A stretch of DNA of 64,000 bases from NCBI GenBank assembly GCA_021797085.1, contig JAKAAG010000002.1:3544-67543 (forward strand), read 5' to 3'. The stretch is from Nanobdellota archaeon. GTDB taxonomy: Archaea > Nanobdellota > Nanobdellia > Parvarchaeales > Parvarchaeaceae. Made by a program: the position numbers and the translations under genes. The stretch's first letter is position 1. Every line of letters begins with the position of its first letter. The notes under the pieces were generated by a model, which did no database searches, was not told where the DNA came from, and saw nothing but the letters and a program-made list of their open reading frames with translations. Positions 9,754 through 20,071 of the stretch are shown here, in pieces.

Positions 9754-12028
9754 ATTTCTTAAGCCCGGGCCACCAGTTGTACTTTTGCAGCAAAAACATT
9801 ATAGATGGAACTATGAACAGTACAGATAGAACAGAATCGATTAAAATTCCCACTGCGACTATGAATCCTACCTCTTCTATTATTGGAACGCCGCTTGCTA
9901 AGAGGGATAGAAAAACTATTGAAAAGATTATGCCTATGCTGGCCACTATCGGGCCGCTTTTTACAAGCCCCATCTTTATCGCTTCAAAGTTGTTTTTGCC
10001 TTCCTTTACATACTCTCTTATCCTCATCACTAAAAATATATCATAGTCTACGCCTACTCCCATTATGCTGGTTATAAGGAATATCTGCGCAATTGATACA
10101 AACGGCAAAGACAATATATAATGAAATATCAACAGAGTAACTCCATTAGCAGCTATAACGTTTGCTATTATGAGAAGGACTAAACGCAAGGGGGTATATA
10201 TCGAGAAAAGTATTACAAACAACACTATGAAAACCATTGCTCCCAACGAAAATATCAGTAATGGAACATCGCCATTCATAGTTTTAACTGCGCTGCCTAA
10301 GAAAACTTGCAGACCGTTAATGCTGTAGTTTGCATGGCTTGCTTCTAAGTAATTGTTTATCTTATTATAATCGTTTAATGCCGGAGTGCTGAACCCTAGT
10401 GGTTTTAAGTATGTTAATATGTGCATGGAATTGTTCCCTTTTGTTAATTGGGTATAGCTTACTCCGCTCATTGTTTTTATTGAATTGTAAATACTCGTTC
10501 CATTTATGTTTTGCGTGTTGTTTATAGTTATTATAAGCGGGTCTATAGGGTCAAATTTAAAGTTGTTTGTAGCCACGTAAAAAGCTGTTTTTGAGCCTGA
10601 ATTCGGTAGCAACCCTAAAAAATTCAAGCCAGGCTGGTATATTACAAAGAAATATGCAGCGATTGCAATTATTACAATAAAAATTGATATTATAAAGTAT
10701 CTGTTTTTATAGTTAAAGTGCGCTAACCTAGTAAATGAATTCTCGAAGGAAAAACCTGGTTTGAAATTTGGATAGAAAACCTTCTTTCCCAAAGAAATAA
10801 GAATCGATGGCATGAATGTAAGTGCGGATAAAAGAACAATGAACACCCCCACAGAATCTAGAATTCCCGTTGATCCAAGAAATGCTAGGTTAAATCCAGA
10901 TAGTATGCTGTATGCTAATACTACAGTAGTACCGCTTACGAGTATCGCCGCACCTGCTCCGCTAATGCTGATTTTAACGCTTTTCCTGTGGTCTTTTCTT
11001 AACTCCTGTTTAAATCTGTATAGCATGTACACCAAGTAATCAGTTGATATGCCAAGCATAAGTATCGCTGCAAGGGCCGGATCAAAAAAAGATACAGTAC
11101 TGTTTAGAATTACGTGATATATCACATAAAAGACTGAAAATGCGATTGTAAGATCAACTCCATAAACCATAAGAGGCACGAATGCCGCTATCGGTGAACG
11201 AAATATTAGTCCAGTCACTATTATAACCATCAGAATCCCTATAGCAATAGCGAGAAAGGTACCAAAGTTAGTTTCACTCTCTATATTGCTGCTTAATCCC
11301 TTAGAACCAGTTACATAGGCGGTAACCCCATAATTTTTTGAGATTTTACCAATGTATGAACTTACAAAAGAATAGTTCGAATTGTTTACAGTGGTTAGCA
11401 TCGTAGTGTGGTTGTAATTTATAAGTGTTACAGTTTCATTTGTATTTGGAATTACTGGGTAATCTGTGAAGTTGTAATTATTTATTATATACAATGGAGA
11501 AGAGTTGTAATATCCTTTTATGATTCCTACTATAAAATTATATGACGAATTGTGTTCTGTTATCTCTGAACTGTTAAGCTTATTTTTTATTGTCTCCGCA
11601 ACGTTTGCTATTATGGTATTGTTAAGGCTTTTAGGCACTGTTTTAGGTGTAAGGTTGTATTTCATATATGCAGAATCCAATGCAAATTCCGCGTTTTTCT
11701 GTATACTGTAGTAGGTCGAATTCAAAAGATTATACTCTATTGAATACAAAGAGGTAATGTTCCTGTATGCGAAGTTGTCTGAAATATTTTCAAAGAATTC
11801 TTTTGTACTGTTTGAATAGGAGTTATTGCTTACGCTTACAATCAATTGGAGGTTATTTCCACTGCTTGCATTGCTATTAGATGAGTTTCCTGTTACGTTG
11901 TAAGATACTATACTAAAAAGGTGCACTGCAATTGGTATAGAGATAAGAAAAACAGCTATCCATATAATCACTATTTTTTTATGGTGTTTATCTATAATAT
12001 CACTGAATTTGTTTAGGTTAATTTCCAT
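9737..12028 (-). CDS. MMPL/RND-superfamily membrane transporter
   Basis: 763 aa with two blocks of about six TM helices, each preceded by a large extracytoplasmic loop rich in N-x-S/T sequons. This is the typical COG1033/MMPL topology. Confidence 0.75.
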   Translation of the reverse strand: MEINLNKFSDIIDKHHKKIVIIWIAVFLISIPIAVHLFSIVSYNVTGNSSNSNASSGNNLQLIVSVSNNSYSNSTKEFFENISDNFAYRNITSLYSIEYNLLNSTYYSIQKNAEFALDSAYMKYNLTPKTVPKSLNNTIIANVAETIKNKLNSSEITEHNSSYNFIVGIIKGYYNSSPLYIINNYNFTDYPVIPNTNETVTLINYNHTTMLTTVNNSNYSFVSSYIGKISKNYGVTAYVTGSKGLSSNIESETNFGTFLAIAIGILMVIIVTGLIFRSPIAAFVPLMVYGVDLTIAFSVFYVIYHVILNSTVSFFDPALAAILMLGISTDYLVYMLYRFKQELRKDHRKSVKISISGAGAAILVSGTTVVLAYSILSGFNLAFLGSTGILDSVGVFIVLLSALTFMPSILISLGKKVFYPNFKPGFSFENSFTRLAHFNYKNRYFIISIFIVIIAIAAYFFVIYQPGLNFLGLLPNSGSKTAFYVATNNFKFDPIDPLIITINNTQNINGTSIYNSIKTMSGVSYTQLTKGNNSMHILTYLKPLGFSTPALNDYNKINNYLEASHANYSINGLQVFLGSAVKTMNGDVPLLIFSLGAMVFIVLFVILFSIYTPLRLVLLIIANVIAANGVTLLIFHYILSLPFVSIAQIFLITSIMGVGVDYDIFLVMRIREYVKEGKNNFEAIKMGLVKSGPIVASIGIIFSIVFLSLLASGVPIIEEVGFIVAVGILIDSVLSVLFIVPSIMFLLQKYNWWPGLKKYEHNK

Positions 12029-12043
12029 TAATGATCCTTACGA

Positions 12044-12424
12044 TCAATCAAGCTTTTTTAAGGTTACTTGCCCATCCTGACCAGGCCTGTTTATTACAAC
12101 TGCTTTTCCCTGATCAGTCTCTATTACTGCTCCTTTTGTGATTATATTACGCCTCGCATATGACCTATTTGCCTTGTTTTCCAAAACCCTTACTATCTTG
12201 ACCTTTGATGCTTTTTTGCTCTTTGGATCAAAAAGGTTCCCCTCATCTGTTTTTAATGGTATTATCTTTGTATTCCCGCCAACTGTTCTGGAGGTTTTTA
12301 TCTTTCTTTCACCTACCTGTAAAGGAACTGAAAGGTTCTTTGACTCGCTCCTTCTCTTGTCTCTTCTCTTTCCCTTGAATCCTCCTCCTTTTTTCTTAAG
12401 AGTAGGTGCTGTGCTTTTAGACAT
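12044..12424 (-). CDS. rps8e: 30S ribosomal protein S8e
   Basis: 126 aa with a basic N-terminus. The block ENKANRSYARRNIITKGAVIETDQGKAVVINRPGQDGQV matches the S8e signature. Confidence 0.9.
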   Translation of the reverse strand: MSKSTAPTLKKKGGGFKGKRRDKRRSESKNLSVPLQVGERKIKTSRTVGGNTKIIPLKTDEGNLFDPKSKKASKVKIVRVLENKANRSYARRNIITKGAVIETDQGKAVVINRPGQDGQVTLKKLD

Positions 12425-12466
12425 ATTGTTATCTTATAAAATATGTTATATTTAAATCTTTTTAAT

Positions 12467-13129
12467 TTACTTATCGATAGACGTTAATATGTCTACGTTT
12501 ACTTTGTTTGACAGTAATTTCTTAAATTCCTGTGCCTCTTTTTCAGTTCCAATGCCTGAGCCATAATGCATGGGAATGGCTATTTTTGGATTTATCTCCA
12601 AAGCCGCTTCCGCAGCTTCCTTTGGTGTCATAACATATATCCCGCTTACGGGCAAAAGCGCAATGTCCGTTTTAAAGCTCTCCATTTCAGGTATTTTATC
12701 CGTGTCACCGGCAATGTAAATCCTTACGTTGTCTACAATAAATATATAACCAACATTTCCTTTCTCTTTCGGGTGAAAAGCCATTCCTTTATCATTAAAC
12801 TTATTTATATTGTATGAAGGCACAGTTTTTATTGTTATATCTTTTACTATTTTTACTTCATTTGGCGAAACAAATACTTTGTCATTTTTAAATTCTTTAA
12901 GTAAACCTTGGCAGTCCTTAGGTGCAACTATTGTTGTTTTGTCATTTATTAGTTTCTTCATGCTTTCTTTGTCTAGGTGATCATAATGGTCATGCGTTAC
13001 AAGAACCAAATCAGCGTCATTATAATTGTTTTTGACTTTATAAGGATCAGTATACACAGTCTTATTTTTTCCTTTTACTCTAAAACATGCATGGTGCAGC
13101 CATTCTATGTTTATCTCTTGAAATATCAT
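12467..13129 (-). CDS. Metallo-beta-lactamase-fold hydrolase (UPF0173-like)
   Basis: THDHYDHLD metal-binding motif, 220 aa. Confidence 0.75.
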   Translation of the reverse strand: MIFQEINIEWLHHACFRVKGKNKTVYTDPYKVKNNYNDADLVLVTHDHYDHLDKESMKKLINDKTTIVAPKDCQGLLKEFKNDKVFVSPNEVKIVKDITIKTVPSYNINKFNDKGMAFHPKEKGNVGYIFIVDNVRIYIAGDTDKIPEMESFKTDIALLPVSGIYVMTPKEAAEAALEINPKIAIPMHYGSGIGTEKEAQEFKKLLSNKVNVDILTSIDK

Positions 13130-13210
13130 ATCAATTTATCAAGTTTTCAAGATAAATATCTTGTTTTCACAAAACAATAAATTTTTATACTGTAATAATT
13201 TAATCATTAC

Positions 13211-13732
13211 ATGATATTAAGTGATAAGGACATAAGAGAGTACTTGGACAAGAAATTGTTTTCTATAGAACCTCTTTCAAATGACACAATAAGGGAGAAT
13301 GGAATAGATCTTAGGGTAGGCGATGAATTACTGCGGTTTATCTATAATAAAGAGCCCGTCGATATAAACGACAAGTCGGCGCTTGAAAAGGTCTATACAA
13401 AAGAAAAAATAGAGAAAGACTTTGTTATATTTCCGCAGGAAAGAGTTTTGATAAAGATAGATGAAAAGATAAAGATGCCAAATAATCTAGTTGGCATGTG
13501 CAATATACGCTCTACATTTGCTAGATTGGGGCTTGCAATTCCTCCAACAATAGTAGATGCCGGTTATGAAGGTAATCTTACAATAATGATGATAGGCGGC
13601 AATGTCCCAGTAAGAATATCAAAAGGAACCCGGTTTTTACATTTGATATTAAGCACTACTTTAAGCGAAGTGCAAAAGCCGTATTCCGGAAACTACCATC
13701 AAAGTTCCAGTGTTACTGGCGCCAAGATATAA
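13211..13732 (+). CDS. dcd: dCTP deaminase (possibly bifunctional dCTP deaminase/dUTPase)
   Basis: 173 aa. MILSDKDIREYL start, GIDLRVG block and VDAGYEGNLT motif of the Dcd/Dut trimeric fold. Confidence 0.88.
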   Translation: MILSDKDIREYLDKKLFSIEPLSNDTIRENGIDLRVGDELLRFIYNKEPVDINDKSALEKVYTKEKIEKDFVIFPQERVLIKIDEKIKMPNNLVGMCNIRSTFARLGLAIPPTIVDAGYEGNLTIMMIGGNVPVRISKGTRFLHLILSTTLSEVQKPYSGNYHQSSSVTGAKI

Positions 13733-13756
13733 ATGGGGTGAAAATGTAATTAGTAT

Positions 13757-13873
13757 ATGAAAAGAAGCTCAAAAAATTGGAAAAAGTACCATAAAGACAG
13801 GTGGAAAACCCGAAAGAAGAAGATGTTGGACAGAAAACGAAAGAGAAGGCTTCTGCGTGAAAAGAGTGCTTAG
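13757..13873 (+). CDS. rpl41e: 50S ribosomal protein L41e (38 aa; below the ORF-track cutoff)
   Basis: My translation is MKRSSKNWKKYHKDRWKTRKKKMLDRKRKRRLLREKSA. It has the length and the KRSS..WKK..RWK..KKR pattern of archaeal L41e. Confidence 0.75.
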   Translation: MKRSSKNWKKYHKDRWKTRKKKMLDRKRKRRLLREKSA

Positions 13874-13883
13874 TTATAAATAA
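13874..13883 (+). promoter_or_regulatory. Putative TATA box for tRNA-Leu(UAA)
   Basis: TTATAAATAA is centred about 29 nt upstream of the mature tRNA 5' end and lies directly after the L41e stop codon. Confidence 0.4.
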
Positions 13884-13906
13884 TCAGTCGCACTTATCTA
13901 TTGAAA

Positions 13907-14028
13907 GCAGAGGTAGCGAAGTTTGGCCCAACGTGCAGGACTTAAGGTCCTTATCTGTCTTTGTATTTGCAAAGAATAAGATATCCTGTGGCTTAGCGCC
14001 CTCGAGGGTTCAAATCCCTCCCTCTGCA
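13907..14028 (+). tRNA. tRNA-Leu (anticodon UAA) with a 36-nt intron at position 37/38 (13947-13982)
   Basis: Acceptor GCAGAGG/CCTCTGC, anticodon stem CAGGA/TCCTG, loop CTTAAG^A, T-arm GAGGGTTCAAATCCCTC. The intron forms its own hairpin (TCTTTG/CAAAGA and CTTAT/ATAAG). Confidence 0.88.
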
Positions 14029-14033
14029 ATTAT

Positions 14034-14336
14034 ATGAAAATATACGAATACAAAAACGGAAAGACGACAAAGAAGAGCTTTAAAGAATACTTGCAGGACA
14101 AAAAAAGTAATTATGTTGTCTTAAAAGACTTACATGTTTTATTTACTGTAATATCCTTGCTTTTTATACTTCTAACAGTAATCATTGCCCTTTCTATAAT
14201 ATCCATTTTATTTTATAATGGATCTGTCCTTTTATCAATATTTACAGATCTTATAGCAGTTTTTTCTTCAGTTTATCTAATCGTCTTTTTCTGGTCTAGG
14301 TACAAGAATGATTTGCTAAAATCAAAGTCCAGCTAA
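14034..14336 (+). CDS. Small membrane protein (two TM helices), unknown function
   Basis: 100-aa ORF with two long hydrophobic segments. No recognisable motif. Confidence 0.5.
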   Translation: MKIYEYKNGKTTKKSFKEYLQDKKSNYVVLKDLHVLFTVISLLFILLTVIIALSIISILFYNGSVLLSIFTDLIAVFSSVYLIVFFWSRYKNDLLKSKSS

Positions 14337-14831
14337 TTTTTTAATCGTCTTAAGCTCCTTTACCCTTATGCTGGCGTAGCCCCTTATTGGAAAATGCATA
14401 ACATATACCATTGAATCGAATATTTTATTTTGTAATCCAAATCTGAATTTATTGTTTCCCTTGAACTTGCTAAATGTAACTTTTCCAATAAAGCATACAA
14501 CTTTCGGTTTTTTATTTTCTATTATTTTAGCTAGTCTTTTTACCCCGTTTATCTCTTCGCCTTTCTTAAGCTGTGATACATCTTTTGTCGGTTTATCTAT
14601 TATATTTATAAAATTTATCCTATATTTCTTTGAAATTACAGCGTAAAGTTTTTTAAGTTTTTTATCATTCTTTAAGAATTCCCTGGTTTCTTTTATTATC
14701 CCTGCTTCGGAAAGCAAGTACCAGAACATTTTGTTGTTAGAAAAAGGCACTCCTCTTCTATAAGAGCCAAAATGCGGGTTTATCCCTACGAATAGAATTG
14801 CGGCGTTTTTTGAAATGTAATATTTTATCAT
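14322..14831 (-). CDS. Uracil/mismatch DNA glycosylase, family 2 (MUG/TDG-like)
   Basis: The FVGINPHFGS motif resembles the GINPG motif of MUG, followed by PFSNNKMFW. 169 aa. Confidence 0.7.
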   Translation of the reverse strand: MIKYYISKNAAILFVGINPHFGSYRRGVPFSNNKMFWYLLSEAGIIKETREFLKNDKKLKKLYAVISKKYRINFINIIDKPTKDVSQLKKGEEINGVKRLAKIIENKKPKVVCFIGKVTFSKFKGNNKFRFGLQNKIFDSMVYVMHFPIRGYASIRVKELKTIKKLAGL

Positions 14832-14863
14832 GTCTATTTATATCTCTGCAGGTTTTAATTTTT

Positions 14864-15561
<698 letters not shown>

Positions 15562-15599
15562 TTTTAAACATTTAAATTCTTAGTTTTGTTTAAATTATA

Positions 15600-15833
15600 A
15601 TGGTAAATGAAGGTGATGTTTTTGTCGGTGTTTCTTATACAGCTAAATTGCAGTACGAGGAACTTAAAAAGGTAATTGACAGGGCATCTGATTCTTTTAA
15701 TAGGTTCAAAACTGATAGTGATAAATACGAAAGCCTGCTTTCAAATCTTTCATCCGATTTAAAAAGTATACATGAATCTTTTGAAAAAATATTCAATGAT
15801 TTAAACAAATCCAGCGTTGAAAACCAAAGCTAA
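15600..15833 (+). CDS. Small helical hypothetical protein
   Basis: 77-aa ORF that is charged and heptad-like. No known motif. Confidence 0.4.
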   Translation: MVNEGDVFVGVSYTAKLQYEELKKVIDRASDSFNRFKTDSDKYESLLSNLSSDLKSIHESFEKIFNDLNKSSVENQS

Positions 15834-15920
15834 TGTAATAACCAGCGTTTCAATAAATTTATTTAAACTTAACTGTTATATATTTTGAATACTGGAATAT
15901 ATTAAGTTTCAGATAATTTT

Positions 15921-16025
15921 GCAGGGGTAGCGAAGCCTGGCCAAACGCGGCAGACTCAAGAAAAGTGCGCGTTTGAGCTATCTGCTCTCTTTGTGAGTTC
16001 AAGGGTTCAAATCCCTTCCCCTGCA
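15921..16025 (+). tRNA. tRNA-Leu (anticodon CAA) with a 19-nt intron at 37/38 (15961-15979)
   Basis: Acceptor GCAGGGG/CCCCTGC, anticodon stem GCAGA/TCTGC, loop CTCAAG^A. Intron TTGAG pairs with exon CTCAA (BHB-like). T-arm is AAGGGTTCAAATCCCTT. Confidence 0.88.
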
Positions 16026-16076
16026 TTTATTTTATAAAGTATTTAAGCACTGTAAATCATACTTTATTTGGTTTTT

Positions 16077-17684
16077 ATGCAAGAAGTTAAAAGAAATGAT
16101 AGTGGTTTCCTGCGTTTTTATTATTTAGATGGGATGGCTGCAGTTTTTTATAGGGTTTTTCCAACTACAGAGATGCTAGCATTGGAAGACCTTTCTTTAT
16201 CAAGTCGCTTGAGCACAAGCAAGGGAGAAAGCCTGCTTGAAAAGCTAGTTTCAAAGTCTGCCTCGATCACAAACAAATATTCTAAAATATCCGATGAAAA
16301 GATTGATTTATCCGATCCAGTGGCTGTTAACAGATTTTTTAGCAAAGTAGACTCATCACTAGAGAATTCCACAAGAAAAAGTCTATATAATATTCAATCT
16401 GTGCTCGGGCATAGAAACATAGGCGAGCAATCTAATTTTATGGTGTCAATGGTTGTGCCTGAGATAACTGCATTGACTATACAGGACGAAGTCTTCATTT
16501 CATCTCAGGAACGATCTACACGTTATGTTAAGTTTGATGAGACGCATATCTCAGAGTATACTGATAAAGAAGCATCTGCTATACTATCGAAAGGCTACAA
16601 TGAATTATCTGGTTTATACAACTCTCTATTCGATAAATTAATGGAATTATACAAGCAAAATTTTATAAAAACAAATGGTTATGAGCCAAGCGATGAACAG
16701 ATAAAAACGATAATAACGCCAACTATACGTGATTCTGTAAGAAGTTTTTTACCTTTGGGAGCAAAGACTTCTCTTGTCATGCTTTTAAGTGCTAGAACGG
16801 CAGAGAACATAGGTAGAAAATTGCTTTCAAGCGAAAATATATATAATCGGCAAGCAGGTAAACTCTTTTATTCCGCAGTTTTAGATAATATACCTTCCTT
16901 GTCTACGCATATGACACCAGATGAATTTAACAGAGAAGTGTACAAAGAGAGGGTTAGTTTTGATTATTCCCATCTTTCAGATGATATGCACCTGTCCTCA
17001 TTGGAGTCTGTAATCGTAAATATAACGGAAGGCTCTCAAAACGAGAAGCAGCTTTTAAATTCAATTTATGAGCAGATGCCTTACAAAGATAAACGCAAAC
17101 CAAAAGAGATAGTAAGTGAATATCTTAAAAATTTATCCAATAGCAGAAAAGGTAAGTTTGATGATATTAATGACAGTGTTCTAAGGTCGTCATTTCTTCA
17201 AATAGACATAACCTGTTCATTGGGCACTGCAAGAGACCTGTGGAGACATAGGCTTTCCAGTAGAAACTTAGTAATACATTTAAATGATTATATAATACCC
17301 AGTATAGTATACAAAAATAATGAAGCTTTAAGTCTTTCAAAAGAAGTTTTAAGCGAAATAAATAGATATTCTAATAAATTATATGAAAGAGGGTTTAATT
17401 CCGAGCTTGAACTTTTAGCGCCTCTTGCAACTAGAACAAACTTGAAAATGTCTATGAGTTTAGCAGAAGCAATTTTTATAGCCGAGAATAGAAGTACGGA
17501 TGAAGCACACCCCGAGTACAAAAAAATTGCATTTGGTTTATACGATGAGCTAAAATACCGGTATCCTAATGTAATGAAAGATTTAAAGGTTTTCTTGGGA
17601 AATTCAGGTAGGCTGACCAGTAATATAGATTACTCCAGAGTTACTAAAGCAAATATAGATTCTGTGAACGATACTTTGTTTTAA
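16077..17684 (+). CDS. Long ThyX-like protein (putative flavin-dependent thymidylate synthase, duplicated/extended form)
   Basis: About 535 aa. An RHR-containing motif (DLWRHRLSSRN) resembling the ThyX signature lies near residue 390. The rest is not recognisable by eye. ATG at 16077; the longest ORF starts at TTG 16068. Confidence 0.5.
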   Translation: MQEVKRNDSGFLRFYYLDGMAAVFYRVFPTTEMLALEDLSLSSRLSTSKGESLLEKLVSKSASITNKYSKISDEKIDLSDPVAVNRFFSKVDSSLENSTRKSLYNIQSVLGHRNIGEQSNFMVSMVVPEITALTIQDEVFISSQERSTRYVKFDETHISEYTDKEASAILSKGYNELSGLYNSLFDKLMELYKQNFIKTNGYEPSDEQIKTIITPTIRDSVRSFLPLGAKTSLVMLLSARTAENIGRKLLSSENIYNRQAGKLFYSAVLDNIPSLSTHMTPDEFNREVYKERVSFDYSHLSDDMHLSSLESVIVNITEGSQNEKQLLNSIYEQMPYKDKRKPKEIVSEYLKNLSNSRKGKFDDINDSVLRSSFLQIDITCSLGTARDLWRHRLSSRNLVIHLNDYIIPSIVYKNNEALSLSKEVLSEINRYSNKLYERGFNSELELLAPLATRTNLKMSMSLAEAIFIAENRSTDEAHPEYKKIAFGLYDELKYRYPNVMKDLKVFLGNSGRLTSNIDYSRVTKANIDSVNDTLF

Positions 17685-20071
17685 TACACAGAGGATATGC
17701 CTGATTCTTTTTTCAGTTTTATTACGTTGTCCGCAATATTTTTCATGTTGTCTTCGTGAGTTACTATTATTATCTGCTTTAAGTCCGTTATCTTGGTAAT
17801 TGCGTTTGTAAGTGCGTTTATGTCCTCTTTGTCCAATCCAGAAGTTGGTTCATCCATTATTATAATCTCATTTTTTCCAATACCACCTAAGATTGAAGCA
17901 AGAGATGACAATGCTAGCCTGTATGCTATTGCTACAGAAGTTTTTTCTCCACCAGATAAAGATCTGGCATCCATTTTTTCATTCCCAGCCGTAATAATAA
18001 CATTATAGTTGTTATCTATATCAATGTCATAATCAACTTCATTTCTAAGTTCTTCAAAGCGTGTTTTGAAAAGGGATCTGAAATCATTTATAAAACGTAG
18101 CCTAACATATTCTCTTATTCCGCGGATATCTTCTCTTAAATTTGACATGGTTTTTAAGAAATTCTCCTTTTCATCAAGTAGCTTCGAAAGTTCTTCCTTC
18201 TTTTTTAGCTTTCTTTCAAGCTCTTCCCTTTCATTTTTATCCGTAATGAGCTGGGATTTTCTAAGCTCTGTTTCCTTTCTTATTTCTGTAATCCTGTAAT
18301 TCATTTTGTTTATTTCTTCAGAGATAAGCTTGAATTCATTTTCAATTTCACTTAGTCTTTTGTCATCGAATTTTATCTCCAATAAATTCTCTTTTAGTTC
18401 TGTTATTTCCTGCTGGTAATTGTTTATTGCTTTGTTTATTTCATCTATTCTGTTGTTATAGCTTTCTATTTCAAACATTTTTTTCTCTTCTTCTTGTATT
18501 AGTTTCATTTCTTCTCTTGCGTTTTTAAGTTGAAGTGAAATATTCTCCAATTTTTGTTTTTCTCTTTGGTAAGTTTCTTTTATGTCTAAGTATTCCTTTT
18601 CTTTTTCTTCTTTTTGGTCTTCCTTTAGTTTTGATTGAAGTTTTAATAGGTTATTTTTAGCTGTTTCTATCCTTATCTTGTTTAATCCTATGTTTTTTTC
18701 AAGGTCATTTTTGGAATATTTTATGTTGCTTGAAATGCTTGTTAATCTCTCTATCTCTTTTTTGTACCTATTTATTTTATTTGAGTATTCTTTTTCTAGA
18801 TGAGCTTTATCACTTATGTTGTTTCCGCACATAATGCAAACACCCTGCTCAATCGATTGCAAAAGCTCCTTCTCCAAGTCTTTTATTAAATTGTTTAATT
18901 CATATACTCTGCCAGTAATTTCTTCCTTATTTTCTATTTCGGTTATGCTTTTGATTTGCTTTTCAAATTCCTCCTGCTCTTTGTTTAGTTTATCTAATGT
19001 TTTATTCTCATTTTCTATCTCTTTTTGAAGTTCGTGAATTTCATTTTGTGCTTTTTTGTAAGAATACTCTATTTGGAAGAAATTTTCGTATATTTTTTTA
19101 ACATTTTCATCTTCAAGTTTGTTTTGCTCTTCCAGGTTCTTAATTGCTTTTTCAATTTCATCTTTTTTGGATTTTTCTATTGGTTTTACATTTTTTATGG
19201 CTTCCTCTTTTTTCTCCGTTACTCTTGTTTTTTCAATTTCAAGTTTGGATTTTTCATTTTCCTTTATTTTAATTTCAGTCAAAGCTTTTTCAAATTTTAT
19301 CTTTTTATCCCTCTCAAATTCTAGTTCGCCTTCCTTCTGTTTTTTCTCTATGCTTTTGTTATTTAAGAGTATCTGATTATTTGTTGCTTCTTCCTCCAAG
19401 CTCTTTATTATGTTTTGATTTTCATTTATTCTGTTTTCTATTTTTATTATATCATTCTGGTCTACGCTTAATTGAAGTTCCTTTTTATCTAGTTCTATCT
19501 CATTTTTTATTTTGTTTATAATTTCCTTTGTGTTATCATAAACATCTAGATATTTGTTAAGCTGTAGTAGGCCGTCTATATATTCTTGTTTGTATTGGCC
19601 TGTTTCAAATATTAGTGTTTTTAGTTCATCCTGTTTAATATATGTTATAGTTTCAAATGTTTCCAATGGGTTTTCTGATTCAATCTTTAATAATTTGTTT
19701 ACATATGAATTTATATCGGATGCTCTGTTCTGCAAGTCTACTCTCTCCTTGTTTTTGTTTATGTAATTTTTTGAGTCATCGTTTCTTACAGAATCGTTAA
19801 TTCTTTTTAGGCCTCTGCTTATTTCATATTCATTATTGCCGTTTTTTATCGTTATTTTTATTTCTCCTTCTGAAGAGTTTCTTCTTAGCAGCATTTTACC
19901 TTCTTCTTTCCCTTCTCCAATCTTGCCGAAAAGTGCATATTCTACTGACATTAATATGGAGGATTTACCACTGCCAGTGTTACCTGTTATTACGTTTATT
20001 CCCTCTGAGAATGGTATCTCTGTCTTGTGGTGACTTCTGATATTTTCAAGTTTAATCTTCGAGATTATCAT
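17681..20071 (-). CDS. rad50: DNA double-strand break repair ATPase Rad50
   Basis: Walker A GNTGSGKSS, long K/E-rich coiled coil with a central CxxC zinc hook (CIMCGN), signature LSGGEKT and Walker B IIIMDEP. The likely start is MIISKIKLENIRSH at 20071; the longest ORF reaches 20092. Confidence 0.93.
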   Translation of the reverse strand: MIISKIKLENIRSHHKTEIPFSEGINVITGNTGSGKSSILMSVEYALFGKIGEGKEEGKMLLRRNSSEGEIKITIKNGNNEYEISRGLKRINDSVRNDDSKNYINKNKERVDLQNRASDINSYVNKLLKIESENPLETFETITYIKQDELKTLIFETGQYKQEYIDGLLQLNKYLDVYDNTKEIINKIKNEIELDKKELQLSVDQNDIIKIENRINENQNIIKSLEEEATNNQILLNNKSIEKKQKEGELEFERDKKIKFEKALTEIKIKENEKSKLEIEKTRVTEKKEEAIKNVKPIEKSKKDEIEKAIKNLEEQNKLEDENVKKIYENFFQIEYSYKKAQNEIHELQKEIENENKTLDKLNKEQEEFEKQIKSITEIENKEEITGRVYELNNLIKDLEKELLQSIEQGVCIMCGNNISDKAHLEKEYSNKINRYKKEIERLTSISSNIKYSKNDLEKNIGLNKIRIETAKNNLLKLQSKLKEDQKEEKEKEYLDIKETYQREKQKLENISLQLKNAREEMKLIQEEEKKMFEIESYNNRIDEINKAINNYQQEITELKENLLEIKFDDKRLSEIENEFKLISEEINKMNYRITEIRKETELRKSQLITDKNEREELERKLKKKEELSKLLDEKENFLKTMSNLREDIRGIREYVRLRFINDFRSLFKTRFEELRNEVDYDIDIDNNYNVIITAGNEKMDARSLSGGEKTSVAIAYRLALSSLASILGGIGKNEIIIMDEPTSGLDKEDINALTNAITKITDLKQIIIVTHEDNMKNIADNVIKLKKESGISSVY

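Noticed and set aside
14798-14863. Longer N-terminal extension of the DUF488 ORF
   Set aside because: The extension is hydrophobic, overlaps the MUG-like gene on the opposite strand, and is absent from the conserved DUF488 core, which begins near the internal ATG at 14864.
19025-19376. Two overlapping plus-strand ORFs (99 and 85 aa) rich in Phe, Leu and Ser
   Set aside because: They lie entirely antisense to the K/E-rich coiled coil of rad50. The Phe/Leu/Ser-rich translation is what the complement of AAA/GAA-rich codons produces. No independent start context.
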